Of a stretch of DNA of 64,000 nucleotides, positions 36,547 to 46,745 are shown piece by piece; the first letter of the stretch is position 1; the number at the start of each line of letters is the position of its first letter. The DNA is from a virus (taxonomy: Duplodnaviria > Caudoviricetes). Made by a program: the position numbers and the translations under genes. The notes under the pieces are model-generated. The model saw only the letters and a list, made by a program, of their open reading frames with translations. It made no database searches and was not told the origin of the DNA. The stretch spans positions 7,335-71,334 of IMG/VR virus record IMGVR_UViG_3300036796_000048; one strand, given 5' to 3'.

Positions 36547-36992
36547 GTCGCGCTGCCGTATTTGACGCTATTTGCGCTGATCCCACTCTTCAGGGCATGG
36601 GTTATCACGGTGAGACTACGCCTGGCGCCAACGACGGTACAGTGCTGGCGGGTTATGATGGTGAACAGCGACCAAGCCACACAATGTTTATGGTTATCCG
36701 TTGGGAAACTGAATCTGTAATTCTTCAAGGCGATGACAACTTCACACGTACTGAGCACCCGTGTGTATTTTGGGTACATATGTATCGTGAGTTCTCGACA
36801 GATTACAATCGCATTCGTGACACTATTGATGCGATTGACAAAGTGCTAGTGAATATGATAGATGTGGCCGGTGCCGATGGCGAATCTGTGACGATGATCA
36901 TTCCAGGTCAGCGTAGTCGGGATTTGCGTGATGATGGGTACCAAACATTGTGCCGATCAGCACAATACAATGTGATCAGCCGACCAACATAG
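36543..36992 (+). CDS. Tail terminator
   Basis: Synteny and size. Confidence 0.55.
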   Translation: MSRAAVFDAICADPTLQGMGYHGETTPGANDGTVLAGYDGEQRPSHTMFMVIRWETESVILQGDDNFTRTEHPCVFWVHMYREFSTDYNRIRDTIDAIDKVLVNMIDVAGADGESVTMIIPGQRSRDLRDDGYQTLCRSAQYNVISRPT

Positions 36993-37006
36993 GGAAGGGA
37001 ACTATA

Positions 37007-37426
37007 ATGGCAGATCAGAAGACAGAGGCTGGGCAGCAGGAGCCTGTGCGGACGCCAAACCCGCCGCTGACTCCTGACATGCCACAGCCTCCTGGCGTTC
37101 TTGAGCGTAAGCGTCGTGTTCCGCGTGAAAAGCGTAAGGGCCCATTTGTCAAATACGTTGGTGCTGCTTCGCATCGTCGTATTCATGGGCATCACTGGAA
37201 GTCGCTCGCAATTGAAGCGACAAAGTCAGGTGAAAAGGGTCAGGAAAGTGTTGACTCTCATGAGTGGAGTGTCAAGAATGACTTTATGATTGAGTCTAGC
37301 AAATTCACTGATGAGCAGCTTGATTACTTGTTAGTTGATGACACCAGTAAGGCTACTGGTGCTCATAACTTCCTTGAAGTTGATTACAACAAGGATGGCC
37401 AGCTTGTTCAGGTGACAGACGAGTAG
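37007..37426 (+). CDS. Hypothetical protein
   Basis: GGGAAGGG RBS; ATG 37007. Confidence 0.6.
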   Translation: MADQKTEAGQQEPVRTPNPPLTPDMPQPPGVLERKRRVPREKRKGPFVKYVGAASHRRIHGHHWKSLAIEATKSGEKGQESVDSHEWSVKNDFMIESSKFTDEQLDYLLVDDTSKATGAHNFLEVDYNKDGQLVQVTDE

Positions 37427-37657
37427 ATGGCGGCACCTAATGTGGAAGAATTTGATGGTGAATTGCGTTGTGGCGGAACAATGCATGGCGTCATCAAATA
37501 TCATCACGGAGTTAGGTGCTTGGAGACGAAATGTCACCATATTCGTTGCAAAGAAGGTAAACCGGTGAGCGTGCTTCACTACTTCAGCTTGGATACTGGT
37601 GTGTTGGTGGATACCGTCATATTCCAAGATCCGGCATCAAGAATGAGAAAGTTATAA
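37427..37657 (+). CDS. Mu Com-like zinc-ribbon protein
   Basis: ELRC...H...LETKC...RC. Confidence 0.5.
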   Translation: MAAPNVEEFDGELRCGGTMHGVIKYHHGVRCLETKCHHIRCKEGKPVSVLHYFSLDTGVLVDTVIFQDPASRMRKL

Positions 37658-37658
37658 A

Positions 37659-39248
37659 ATGCCTGAACCTACCAATATCCAAACAGGTGATACGTGGACA
37701 GCCGCCGAACAAAATACTCTGGATACAGACGTCAACGCTATTGATGCTATTTTAGCATCCATGACTAAACTGGTGTCGATAGCCGATAACTCGTATGGAA
37801 CAAGTCCCACGTCTTCGCCTTTCAGCACTTCCACCGCGGGCACAAGTGAGATGATGTTCACGGTAGGCGCGGCCGCAACCAGTATTACTGCGCTGTGGAC
37901 TCATTGGTACACCAATAATGCGTCTAACCCCGTCGTAGATACTGACCCGGCAGGGCCGATCAGCTTCAACGCTTCGTTGAAAGTTGTGTCCAGCACCAAC
38001 CCTGGCACCGTTACCGGCCAGCTCTACCGGCTCACGTTCAACGGCCGCACCACCGCAACCCTTGATCCCGGCGGCAGGATCACCGCCGACCCACTAGGGC
38101 TTTCCCTTGCTCCAGGGGACGTGGTCGCTGTACGCACATTCCTCATTTCGGGAACGGCATACACGACGCGGAACACCCAGGGCGCGACTAACGCCGGGTG
38201 GGGCGGATTCACTTCCACGACCGATTTGACAGCGCCGGGCAGCGCGGCCATCTCATCGAGCACCGGCCAATACTACGGGGCCGCAGCGTTACTCGGGAGG
38301 CCGCAAGGCGCCGGTACCGCCAAATCGGTTCTCCTCGTCGGCGATTCGATAGGGTGGGGAAAGGGCGACGATGCTTATTACACAATCCCGGCCCTGGGCG
38401 GAGGCAACCAGGGCTTCTTCATGCGCGCGCTCACAGGACAGGCCGGGACGCTCAGTTTGGCGGTAGGCAGCGACGAGGCTGTCAACTTCCAGTCAACCAA
38501 CGGAAGTTTCCGCCGATTGAGCCTCGCCCCACTGTGTAACTCGGCCATCATACAAGCTGGCACCAACGACGTAGCTCTCGGTGCGACCGCCGCGGCAACT
38601 GAGGCCGTCAACCTGGACATTGCAACCAAACTCCAACGCCTGGGTATTGGCAAGGTATTCGTCACCACGCTTGTGCCGCGCACAACGTCAACAGACGGTT
38701 GGGCAACCACCGCAAACCAGACGCCCATATCGACTGAATCTCAGCGGTTGGCTTATAACGCGTGGGTGAGGGCTAGCTGCCCGATCGACCCGACCACGAA
38801 AGCCCCTGTGGCTGTGGGGACATCGAATGCGTTGCTGGCCGGGCAGTTCGGGCATCCATTCACGGGATTCTTCGACACAGCCGCCCAGGTCGAGTCGTCG
38901 CTGAACTCCGGTCTGTGGCTTCCAGCCAACCGTATCGTTACAGGCTCGATCACAACCGGAACTGGCGCTCTCACGTCATCGACTGCGAACTTCCTGACAG
39001 CTAACCAGGAGGCTGGCGGTGACAAAGGCAGAGCCTTTTCACTGGTTGGCGCTGGTGCCGCTGGTGCAATCCTGATTGCACAACTGGCGGTTATCAGTAG
39101 CTCTACGGCGGCCACGATAGATACGACTGCCGGTACCACGGTGACCAACGCGGTGCTCGCCATTGGAATTGCGACTAAAGATGGAATACATCCAAGCCCG
39201 CACAGCCACTATCTGATGTCCCAGGCCATTAACCCGGCGGTGCTGTAG
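37659..39248 (+). CDS. SGNH/GDSL hydrolase-domain protein (probable virion-associated esterase)
   Basis: Block I VGDSIG, block III AGTND, block V DGIHP; visibly higher GC than its flanks. Confidence 0.8.
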   Translation: MPEPTNIQTGDTWTAAEQNTLDTDVNAIDAILASMTKLVSIADNSYGTSPTSSPFSTSTAGTSEMMFTVGAAATSITALWTHWYTNNASNPVVDTDPAGPISFNASLKVVSSTNPGTVTGQLYRLTFNGRTTATLDPGGRITADPLGLSLAPGDVVAVRTFLISGTAYTTRNTQGATNAGWGGFTSTTDLTAPGSAAISSSTGQYYGAAALLGRPQGAGTAKSVLLVGDSIGWGKGDDAYYTIPALGGGNQGFFMRALTGQAGTLSLAVGSDEAVNFQSTNGSFRRLSLAPLCNSAIIQAGTNDVALGATAAATEAVNLDIATKLQRLGIGKVFVTTLVPRTTSTDGWATTANQTPISTESQRLAYNAWVRASCPIDPTTKAPVAVGTSNALLAGQFGHPFTGFFDTAAQVESSLNSGLWLPANRIVTGSITTGTGALTSSTANFLTANQEAGGDKGRAFSLVGAGAAGAILIAQLAVISSSTAATIDTTAGTTVTNAVLAIGIATKDGIHPSPHSHYLMSQAINPAVL

Positions 39249-39298
39249 TATGAATCGAAAGGTATTACCATGCATGATACAATTAAGGATGTGATGGA

Positions 39299-40210
39299 AT
39301 GCCATTCCCGTACACATTCCCGCGCGTATTCGGACAAGAAGGGATCAGCCAAATGACCGCCACTAGTTTGCCCAATGCTCTGCCTTATGGCTTAAAGCAA
39401 CTTATGCTTACGCCATACCAGGATGCGCAGGGATCTATCTTGAGCACTGTCAGTTATCCGATGCCTGTCGCTATGACTATGGCATTCAGTGAAACTGAGC
39501 AGTTTGACGAGTTGCGCGGTGATGATGTGCTTGTCGCAGTTCACGGTCGTGGACCTCAGGTTGACTGGTCGCTTGAAGCCGGTGGTATGCCTATGATGTG
39601 CTGGTCTATCATCACCGGTGGTATGGTAATTGAGGAAGGTGTTGCGCCTAACCGTCGCATTCGACTTCTCAAGTCCGCTGACCATTTGCGTCCGTACTTC
39701 CGCATTGATGGTCGTGTCATCTCCGACTCTGGTGGCAATGTGGTTGCTCGCATTTACCGCGCCAAGGCCAATGGTCGTATCCAGGCAGATCACCGTGGAG
39801 GTGCGTTCCAAACGTCAAGCATTGATGGTATTGGCATGCCTTTACAGGCTGACTCTGGTCGTTGGTTGTATGAAATTATTCAGAATGAGTCTGACTTCCC
39901 TCTTACGACTACGCCGGAAGCAAACCCGTTGCCTGTTCCTGTTGGGCTGATTGCCAGCAACGTTACGGCTACTGGTTTGACGCTGACTTGGGATGACATT
40001 ACTCTGTCAGATGGTAGTCACCCGACATATGTTGTTGAGAAGAGTCTCGATAATGGTATTACATGGGTCAATCAGACCGGTACATTTACCGGACCAAGCT
40101 TGGCTGTTACCGGCCTTACTACGGCTACGCAGTACCAGTTCCGTGTCGCTGCTGTTGTTAGCTCTGTCACGGGCGACTACTCTGCTCCAGTGAGCGTCCT
40201 AACGTCATAG
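39299..40210 (+). CDS. Major tail protein with C-terminal fibronectin type III domain
   Basis: LPYGLKQ...ELRGDD...GGMP core; Fn3 consensus (LTLTW...YVVE...TGL...QYQFRVAA). Alternative start 39353. Confidence 0.85.
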   Translation: MPFPYTFPRVFGQEGISQMTATSLPNALPYGLKQLMLTPYQDAQGSILSTVSYPMPVAMTMAFSETEQFDELRGDDVLVAVHGRGPQVDWSLEAGGMPMMCWSIITGGMVIEEGVAPNRRIRLLKSADHLRPYFRIDGRVISDSGGNVVARIYRAKANGRIQADHRGGAFQTSSIDGIGMPLQADSGRWLYEIIQNESDFPLTTTPEANPLPVPVGLIASNVTATGLTLTWDDITLSDGSHPTYVVEKSLDNGITWVNQTGTFTGPSLAVTGLTTATQYQFRVAAVVSSVTGDYSAPVSVLTS

Positions 40211-40247
40211 CAGTTCCAAAAATAAAAATGAGTCCAAGGAGACCAAA

Positions 40248-40922
40248 ATGACAAACCCAGGTATTGGATTGGGTGCAGCCCAACCCGCCAACCCGCATCC
40301 TCAAGAGCAAGCTGCTCCTATTGACATTAGTCATCCAGAGCAAGCATTTCAAGACCCAAAGCCACAAACACCAATTTTCCCGCCGCCTACTGATCCTGTT
40401 GCTCAGGCAAATCCATATGCTCCCACGGGATGGCGTCGGAAACAGCGTAACGAATTTGATCTAGAGTTGCCTTCAGGTCAAATGTGTCGCGTCATGAGGT
40501 TGGAGCGTGACGATTTGATTCGCCTTCAACTTCTAGAGTACATGAACACTTTCACTCCTATGCTGATGGATGCATCTATGGATGATGCTACTCGACAAAA
40601 TGAGATTCGTGATACCATCCAAGATAACCCAGAAGCTTTAGGCAAAATGCTAACAGCCGTTGACAAAGTAGTGCTTGCAGCTACAATTAGACCGCGCATC
40701 ACTGAAGATCGTAAGAAGATCAACTACGGCACCGAACAAGATTGGGCTGATCCCAATTTTACCGCTACGGTGCATTTAGATGACATTGATACATTCGAGA
40801 GGATGTACATTTTCGGCGCGGCCTTTGGGCGGTCAATGGACGACTTGAAAAGTATTTTCCAACAAACGCCGGGCCTGGGAAGCATGGCGGATGTCGCAAG
40901 CATACAACAAGACGCCGAGTGA
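40248..40922 (+). CDS. Tail assembly chaperone (gpG-like)
   Basis: Between major tail and tape measure; LELPSGQMCRV motif. Confidence 0.75.
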   Translation: MTNPGIGLGAAQPANPHPQEQAAPIDISHPEQAFQDPKPQTPIFPPPTDPVAQANPYAPTGWRRKQRNEFDLELPSGQMCRVMRLERDDLIRLQLLEYMNTFTPMLMDASMDDATRQNEIRDTIQDNPEALGKMLTAVDKVVLAATIRPRITEDRKKINYGTEQDWADPNFTATVHLDDIDTFERMYIFGAAFGRSMDDLKSIFQQTPGLGSMADVASIQQDAE

Positions 40923-41214
40923 TCTGTATGATATCCAAGGGGCAGCAGGATTTTTCTTTGACCACGGGATATTTGTATTTGGCAATTGGGTAGAAGGTGA
41001 GTTGCGTGAAGCTGAATCGCGTGCTCAAAACCCAATGTTTGCGCGATCAAATCGCATGCGTGCGTTTGCTAAGTGCATGGGCGATGATATGTCTAAATCT
41101 ACGGCAGGATTTGCGAACCCGTTTAGCACAGGGGCTGTCAAGCCCAGGGCAAATGCAACTAAGCCATGGGCCGATGAAGTTGGCGAAGAAGAAATTCTGA
41201 ATGAAGGATTTTGA
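40849..41214 (+). CDS. Tail assembly chaperone gpT-like segment (probably reached by frameshift)
   Basis: Frame is open from 40849; AWEAWRMSQAYNKTPSDLY motif; overlaps the G gene in the +1 frame. Confidence 0.6.
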   Translation, partial: KVFSNKRRAWEAWRMSQAYNKTPSDLYDIQGAAGFFFDHGIFVFGNWVEGELREAESRAQNPMFARSNRMRAFAKCMGDDMSKSTAGFANPFSTGAVKPRANATKPWADEVGEEEILNEGF

Positions 41215-44200
41215 TGCCTGACTATAATCTAGGTCGCGCCCACGGCGAGATTATCATCACGGCTGACACTGCGGGGGCCGAACAGGCACAAGCTTCAATG
41301 GCGGCTACTTCGGCTGAGGCTAATGTCCTCAGCGTAGCTATGGGCAAAAGTAAAGATGCAGCATCCCAAAATGACTTAAAGTTTCAGCAGTTAAGTAAAA
41401 CGTATCAACAGCATAAAACTGTTGTTGATAACTTGTCTAGACAGTATCAAGATGCCCAAAATGAGTGGCGCAAGGTAAATGATACTTTAGAGCAATCAAA
41501 GCAAAAACTCGCGAACATGCATGTCGAGATGGACAAGATGACGCGAGGCTCTCCACAATGGGTGGATGCGGCTAAAAAGTGGAATGCTGAGCTTGAGAAC
41601 AAAAATAAGCTTCTTGAGGTTGGTGAGCCACTTTTCAAGCGAGCACAAGATGCACATGAAGCGTTAGCTGCCGCCCAAAGCAAGCTTGATAGTGTATCTA
41701 TGCGCTTGAGTGCTAGATTTCAACAACTTCACAAAGATACTCGTGATGCTGAATCTGGTATGGAAAAGTTTCGTGAGGCTCTTGAGAAAACTAATGAAAC
41801 TGCTGAAAAACTAGCAGAAACAATTACCAAGACTTTAACCGCTGCCCTACAAAATATTGGTAAAGTCGGTAATATTGGTATGGCAGGCGGCATACTCGGT
41901 TTGCTAGGTGGTGCTGGTCTTAATGGACTAGTCAGCGGTCTATCTGGTGTAGTTGAAGCTATTTCGCAATTTAGCGGTATTGTGCTTTTGCTACCATCAG
42001 TAGCTGCCGGCGCAGCAACAGCTCTCGGCACGCTAGCGGTGAGCTTCCAAGGCGTTGGCGCCGCAATGAAAGCTGTTGAGAATCCTCAACAATTTGCTAT
42101 TGCTTTGCGTAGATTAGCTCCAGCAGCTGCTGAAGTTGTTAAAATGTTGGCTTCATTTCATGAGGCTTTCAGAGGTGCTATGCAACAAGTTCAGCAATCT
42201 TTCTTTCAACCTTTGGTTGATCAGATTCAACCGTTGATTACTACTTGGCTTCCTCAATTAATGCACGCCGGCCAAGCTGTTGCAGGCATATTCGGACAAG
42301 CTGGTCGGATTATGTCGCAGTGGTTACAGAATCCACAAACGATTCAAATGTTTGGTCAATTTATCAATAATTTGACTAATGCTATGCGTGCTATGTTGCC
42401 GGCAATTCAACCTATCGCTAGTGCTTTTGCTACTTTAACAACGGCCGGTTCTCAGACGTTTGGCAGACTCGCCCAAGCAGTTAATACCGTAGCTAATGAA
42501 TTCAACAATTGGGTGCAAAAGGCTTCTGCCTCTGGAAAGATTGTTGAGTGGATAAATGCTGCTCTTACGGCATTTACTCAGCTTGGTCATATAATTGTAA
42601 ATGTTACTACTGGTCTTGTTAATATAGCTTCAATCGGCAGCAATTTCGGCGGCGGGTTCTTAGGTCACATTCAAGCAATTACAAAAGAGTTTAGCAATTG
42701 GACCCAATCTGCTTCAGGCGTTCAAAAGTTATCAAAGTTCTTTGGCGAGTTACATGAAGCTAGTGAAGCACTACATCCTGTATTGAAAGTTGTTGCTAGT
42801 GCTGTAGGCACGCTTGTTACGCATATGCTTGAGCTTGGCGTACAAATGGCGCCTGGCTTATTGAGCTTTATGAAATCACTTGGAGAATCGCTTAACATTC
42901 TTGGTGAAGCATTTATTAGGTCTGCGCCATCTTTCAACAAGTTCCTTGAAGCGTTTGGTGAATTACTACACACGGTTGTTGGACAACTTGGTCCGCAATT
43001 ACCTAATATCTTTAATAGCTTGACTACTGCTTTGACGAGTTTGCTACCTGAGGTTACAGCTATTACAGGTGAAGTTGCTAAATTCCTAGGTGCACTGACG
43101 CCGGACGATATCAAGAATATTGGTGTTTTAGCAGCAGGTCTATGGAGTATGCATGGGGCGTTCAATGCACTATTGGGCATAGCTCACGTAGCTGAAGTGA
43201 TCAAGGGCATTACGGCTGCTATGGGCGCGTTAGATGCAGTTATGGATGCTAACCCAATCACTTTGGTGATTGTTGCTTTTGCTGCTTTGGTAGGTTCTAT
43301 AGTCATAATTGCTACACATTGGAAAGAATTTACCCATCTTGTTGGTGAAGCATGGGACGCCCTTAAGAGTTTGGGATCGTGGATAGCAACTCAGTTTAGC
43401 AACATCATAAATAGTTTAGCTGGTTTGTTCACTCGTATTGGTAATACCATATCAAATTGGAAAACTATAATTTCCAATACAATTGGTGGTATTGGCGATG
43501 CTATACGAGATAAATTCTCCAATTTGGCTGGCGAAGCCGTTGATTGGGGTAAAAATATCATTACCAATTTCATTCATGGCATAGAGCAGATGCTTGGGCC
43601 AGTAGGTAAAGTCGCTGAAAGCGTTGTTAGTATAATCCGTGACCATATGCCTAGTTCACCCGCCAGGACTGGGCCATTTTCAGGCAGTAATGCACCGGCC
43701 AATTTGGGATCTAATCTAGCTGAGCAATACGCTCAAGGTATCGAAAGTGGTACAGATAGGGTTGGTAGTGCTGGCGGTACAGTAGCGGCTGCTGCTTATG
43801 AACCACTAAATCGTACTGCACTAGGGGCTAGTTGGGCTGGTCAACAACAAGGTGCTGGATTCTCTGGTAGCGGTGGCATTTCTGGCGTTAGCGCATTTGC
43901 GCGTCATCCACTAGGCGCTGGCAGCGGTGGTGGTGGAACTGGTGGCGCTTCTGGTGGGGGTGGGATACAGGGCGGCGGCATATCTGCAGGTGCCGGTGGT
44001 AGTGGATTTGATGCTGCTATTGCTAATGTTACCTCTGATATGTCTGCTTGGGAGAAGATATTCCAAGATGGTTGGAATCTATTTAAACAAGTAGGTGGCA
44101 TATTCACTAGTATGGTGAACTTGTCAGCGACAGTTAATCCTGGTGGTAACGCCGCGACTGTAGCCCAGAACCCAATTGTTAAAGGCTTGTCTAACCTATT

Positions 44201-46745
44201 TGGCGGACCAGTTGGCACCCCGCAAGGGCCAGGTACGCCAGCAGTTCAGCAACAAGATGTCCCTGGTGTACCTAGCGCCACAACACCAGGTCAGATTCCC
44301 GGAATTGGTGGCACACCTCAGCAAGGCGCTCCAGGCGTTCCGCCTCCTGTTGGTGGATTGCCATTTAGTGGCGCTTCCGGTGCATCTGGTGCCGATGCGC
44401 TAATAGCTCCATCAGGCTCGCCAGTTGGTACTTCTGGCCCGCTTAATTTGCCGACCGGTATAAAGCAAAATGCACAAGGACAGTGGCAACAAGTTGCTAG
44501 TCCGCAACAAATTCAAGCCGGTATTGTTAAAGCCGGTAAAGCACGTGGCATGAGCGATGATCAGATTGCTGGCGCGCTAGCAATTGCTGGTGGTGAAAGC
44601 AATTATGGTCAAAATATTTATGGCGGCGACCAAGGCATCGGTGGTGCGTGGGGCACTTTCCAGCAAGGTAATGCTTATGGCGCTGTAAGTGATAGACAAG
44701 ACCCGAATAAAGCCATCAATCAATTCATGGATTTGTATCACACTCAATTACAAGCTCAACCAGGTCTTACGCCTATGCAAGTGGCCGCTGGCGTGCAACA
44801 ACATGGTGGCCCTGGTTCTCCTGGATCATGGCAAGGTACGGCAGGCGATCAAACTTATTTGAGCCAAGTTAGCGCACATTTGGGTGAAGTGCCAGTAACA
44901 GGGGGAGCTCCAGCAGCCAGTGGTGCGCCTGGTGGAGGTATTTCAGGTGGTGGTTTGTCTGCTGCAGATGCAGCAGCTCTTGGGTTAGATGCTGGTGGTG
45001 CTGGTATATCCGCTGGATCTGGCGGACTCACCGGCTTGGAAGAGCCAGCTGTACAGGGTCGAGCACCAGCAGGTGTCCAAGGACGTGCAGGTGTAGCAGG
45101 TCCCTGGGGCATACCTGCTGGACAAGTATCAGGCATTACACCAATTACAGACCCGAATTTGGTTGGTGTTGGCAAAGCTTTTGGGGGCTTCCTACCTAGC
45201 ACCTACCCCGGTCACCAAGTTCAAGGCGGGTTGAATCAAGGCATAGACTGGGGCGCTTTCCCTGGTTGGAGCAATAGACCTGGCCAAGCATATAACACGC
45301 CAGTTGGCGGCCAGATAGGCACCGAAGCTGGCGGGTCACGTCAGTTAACTCGTGAAGAGGCTGATCGTTCCACTGCTTTTGCTAAGTGGATAGGTACCCA
45401 GCCTGGTGTCCAACAAGTAATCAATATGAATCCGTATACGGGTGAAAAAGTTGGTTACTATAATGGTCAGCCTGTTGGTCCTGATATGCCTGGAACTACA
45501 GATCCTGGTTATTATCGTGATGATTGGACGGGTCACTCTCAGCACGTTCACACTCGGTTAACTCAAGACCTTACGCCGCCTACTGGTGTTGAAACACAAC
45601 CAGCACCATTCGCAGGTACTCTGGGAGATAACACTCCAAATGGGCCCGTTGATGTTAACGTAGCCCAACAAGGTGGTACTAATGTGCCGCCTGTCTCTAC
45701 ACAAACAGTTGCTCCTACCGCTGGTGGTAAGCCTTTAGCGTTAGCAACAAGCCCAGGCGATTGGATGCGTGCGCCTACGCCTGATTTGGCCGGTAAACCA
45801 GTACCAATGGATGTTCGTCGTGCCAATGGCGTACCAGATGACATACCTCAGATTTATTACTCTTCACAGGGGCAACCATTAACACCTACGCCATTAGTAA
45901 CTGGTTCTGCTGCGCCCACACTACAAGCTGGCGCCCCAATACCTGGTATGACGCGTGCTGGTCCTAATGTTCCAGATAACGCTACAGCAGAACCTACGGC
46001 TAGCGATACTAATCAACAATTTGGTGCTGGTACTGCTCAAGGTGCTTCAATTGGGCAGGGTTTAAGTCAGGCCGGAGCAGTTGTTGAAGATGCTTTCCAG
46101 ATATACAGTGATGTCATTCAAGATATTAAGTCCGGTGCTGATATTGTTGATACTATGGTGCGTGGCATACCAGATACAAAGACTTTGGTTAGCTTCATCA
46201 ATGACTTCAAATCATTCATCCAGACTGGCGCTGACATATTAAAGACTGGCGCAGATGCTACGGGCGCAGCTGCCGGTATTGCCGCTGGCGCAGGAGACTT
46301 CGGTGGACAAGCTAGCGGCATTTTGTCAGCCATCTCTGGCGGGCTAAGCATTGGCTCTGCTGCCTTGGAAGCTGTTAATCAAGGCATAGCAATTGCTGAA
46401 GAAGTATGGAATGAAGTAAGCAAATATGCTGGTGAGTTTTTCGGTTTGAACTTGGGTGGATCTAAAGGAGCGCTTGGCGGCAACGTACAGATGTTGTTAA
46501 ATCGCCAAACTGGACAGATTCTTGCGTATAGCCAGGATAACCCTTTGAATAAGAGCGTTACACAATTACCAGTTTCCGCCCAACTTGGTTATGGTGGACC
46601 GTTCTCAGGTGGTCCGCAATCTGCTCAGATGAACCAATTGAATATTTATGCAGGTCCTGGGCAGAGCACTTCGGAAATGATGAGTGATGCTATGTGGGTT
46701 GTTAATACGCAACCAAGTGCTATTTCGGTAGCGGGTAAGTTATGA
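41214..46745 (+). CDS. Tape measure protein with lysozyme-like and peptidase-like domains
   Basis: About 1843 aa with Ala/Gly helical repeats. AIAGGESN...GTFQQ lysozyme-like segment; GID...HSQHVH metallopeptidase-like segment. Confidence 0.92.
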   Translation: MPDYNLGRAHGEIIITADTAGAEQAQASMAATSAEANVLSVAMGKSKDAASQNDLKFQQLSKTYQQHKTVVDNLSRQYQDAQNEWRKVNDTLEQSKQKLANMHVEMDKMTRGSPQWVDAAKKWNAELENKNKLLEVGEPLFKRAQDAHEALAAAQSKLDSVSMRLSARFQQLHKDTRDAESGMEKFREALEKTNETAEKLAETITKTLTAALQNIGKVGNIGMAGGILGLLGGAGLNGLVSGLSGVVEAISQFSGIVLLLPSVAAGAATALGTLAVSFQGVGAAMKAVENPQQFAIALRRLAPAAAEVVKMLASFHEAFRGAMQQVQQSFFQPLVDQIQPLITTWLPQLMHAGQAVAGIFGQAGRIMSQWLQNPQTIQMFGQFINNLTNAMRAMLPAIQPIASAFATLTTAGSQTFGRLAQAVNTVANEFNNWVQKASASGKIVEWINAALTAFTQLGHIIVNVTTGLVNIASIGSNFGGGFLGHIQAITKEFSNWTQSASGVQKLSKFFGELHEASEALHPVLKVVASAVGTLVTHMLELGVQMAPGLLSFMKSLGESLNILGEAFIRSAPSFNKFLEAFGELLHTVVGQLGPQLPNIFNSLTTALTSLLPEVTAITGEVAKFLGALTPDDIKNIGVLAAGLWSMHGAFNALLGIAHVAEVIKGITAAMGALDAVMDANPITLVIVAFAALVGSIVIIATHWKEFTHLVGEAWDALKSLGSWIATQFSNIINSLAGLFTRIGNTISNWKTIISNTIGGIGDAIRDKFSNLAGEAVDWGKNIITNFIHGIEQMLGPVGKVAESVVSIIRDHMPSSPARTGPFSGSNAPANLGSNLAEQYAQGIESGTDRVGSAGGTVAAAAYEPLNRTALGASWAGQQQGAGFSGSGGISGVSAFARHPLGAGSGGGGTGGASGGGGIQGGGISAGAGGSGFDAAIANVTSDMSAWEKIFQDGWNLFKQVGGIFTSMVNLSATVNPGGNAATVAQNPIVKGLSNLFGGPVGTPQGPGTPAVQQQDVPGVPSATTPGQIPGIGGTPQQGAPGVPPPVGGLPFSGASGASGADALIAPSGSPVGTSGPLNLPTGIKQNAQGQWQQVASPQQIQAGIVKAGKARGMSDDQIAGALAIAGGESNYGQNIYGGDQGIGGAWGTFQQGNAYGAVSDRQDPNKAINQFMDLYHTQLQAQPGLTPMQVAAGVQQHGGPGSPGSWQGTAGDQTYLSQVSAHLGEVPVTGGAPAASGAPGGGISGGGLSAADAAALGLDAGGAGISAGSGGLTGLEEPAVQGRAPAGVQGRAGVAGPWGIPAGQVSGITPITDPNLVGVGKAFGGFLPSTYPGHQVQGGLNQGIDWGAFPGWSNRPGQAYNTPVGGQIGTEAGGSRQLTREEADRSTAFAKWIGTQPGVQQVINMNPYTGEKVGYYNGQPVGPDMPGTTDPGYYRDDWTGHSQHVHTRLTQDLTPPTGVETQPAPFAGTLGDNTPNGPVDVNVAQQGGTNVPPVSTQTVAPTAGGKPLALATSPGDWMRAPTPDLAGKPVPMDVRRANGVPDDIPQIYYSSQGQPLTPTPLVTGSAAPTLQAGAPIPGMTRAGPNVPDNATAEPTASDTNQQFGAGTAQGASIGQGLSQAGAVVEDAFQIYSDVIQDIKSGADIVDTMVRGIPDTKTLVSFINDFKSFIQTGADILKTGADATGAAAGIAAGAGDFGGQASGILSAISGGLSIGSAALEAVNQGIAIAEEVWNEVSKYAGEFFGLNLGGSKGALGGNVQMLLNRQTGQILAYSQDNPLNKSVTQLPVSAQLGYGGPFSGGPQSAQMNQLNIYAGPGQSTSEMMSDAMWVVNTQPSAISVAGKL

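Noticed and set aside
40844-40993. -1 frameshift product of the tail chaperone
   Set aside because: The -1 frame gives a short non-conserved peptide ending at TAG; the chaperone-like motif is in the +1 frame.
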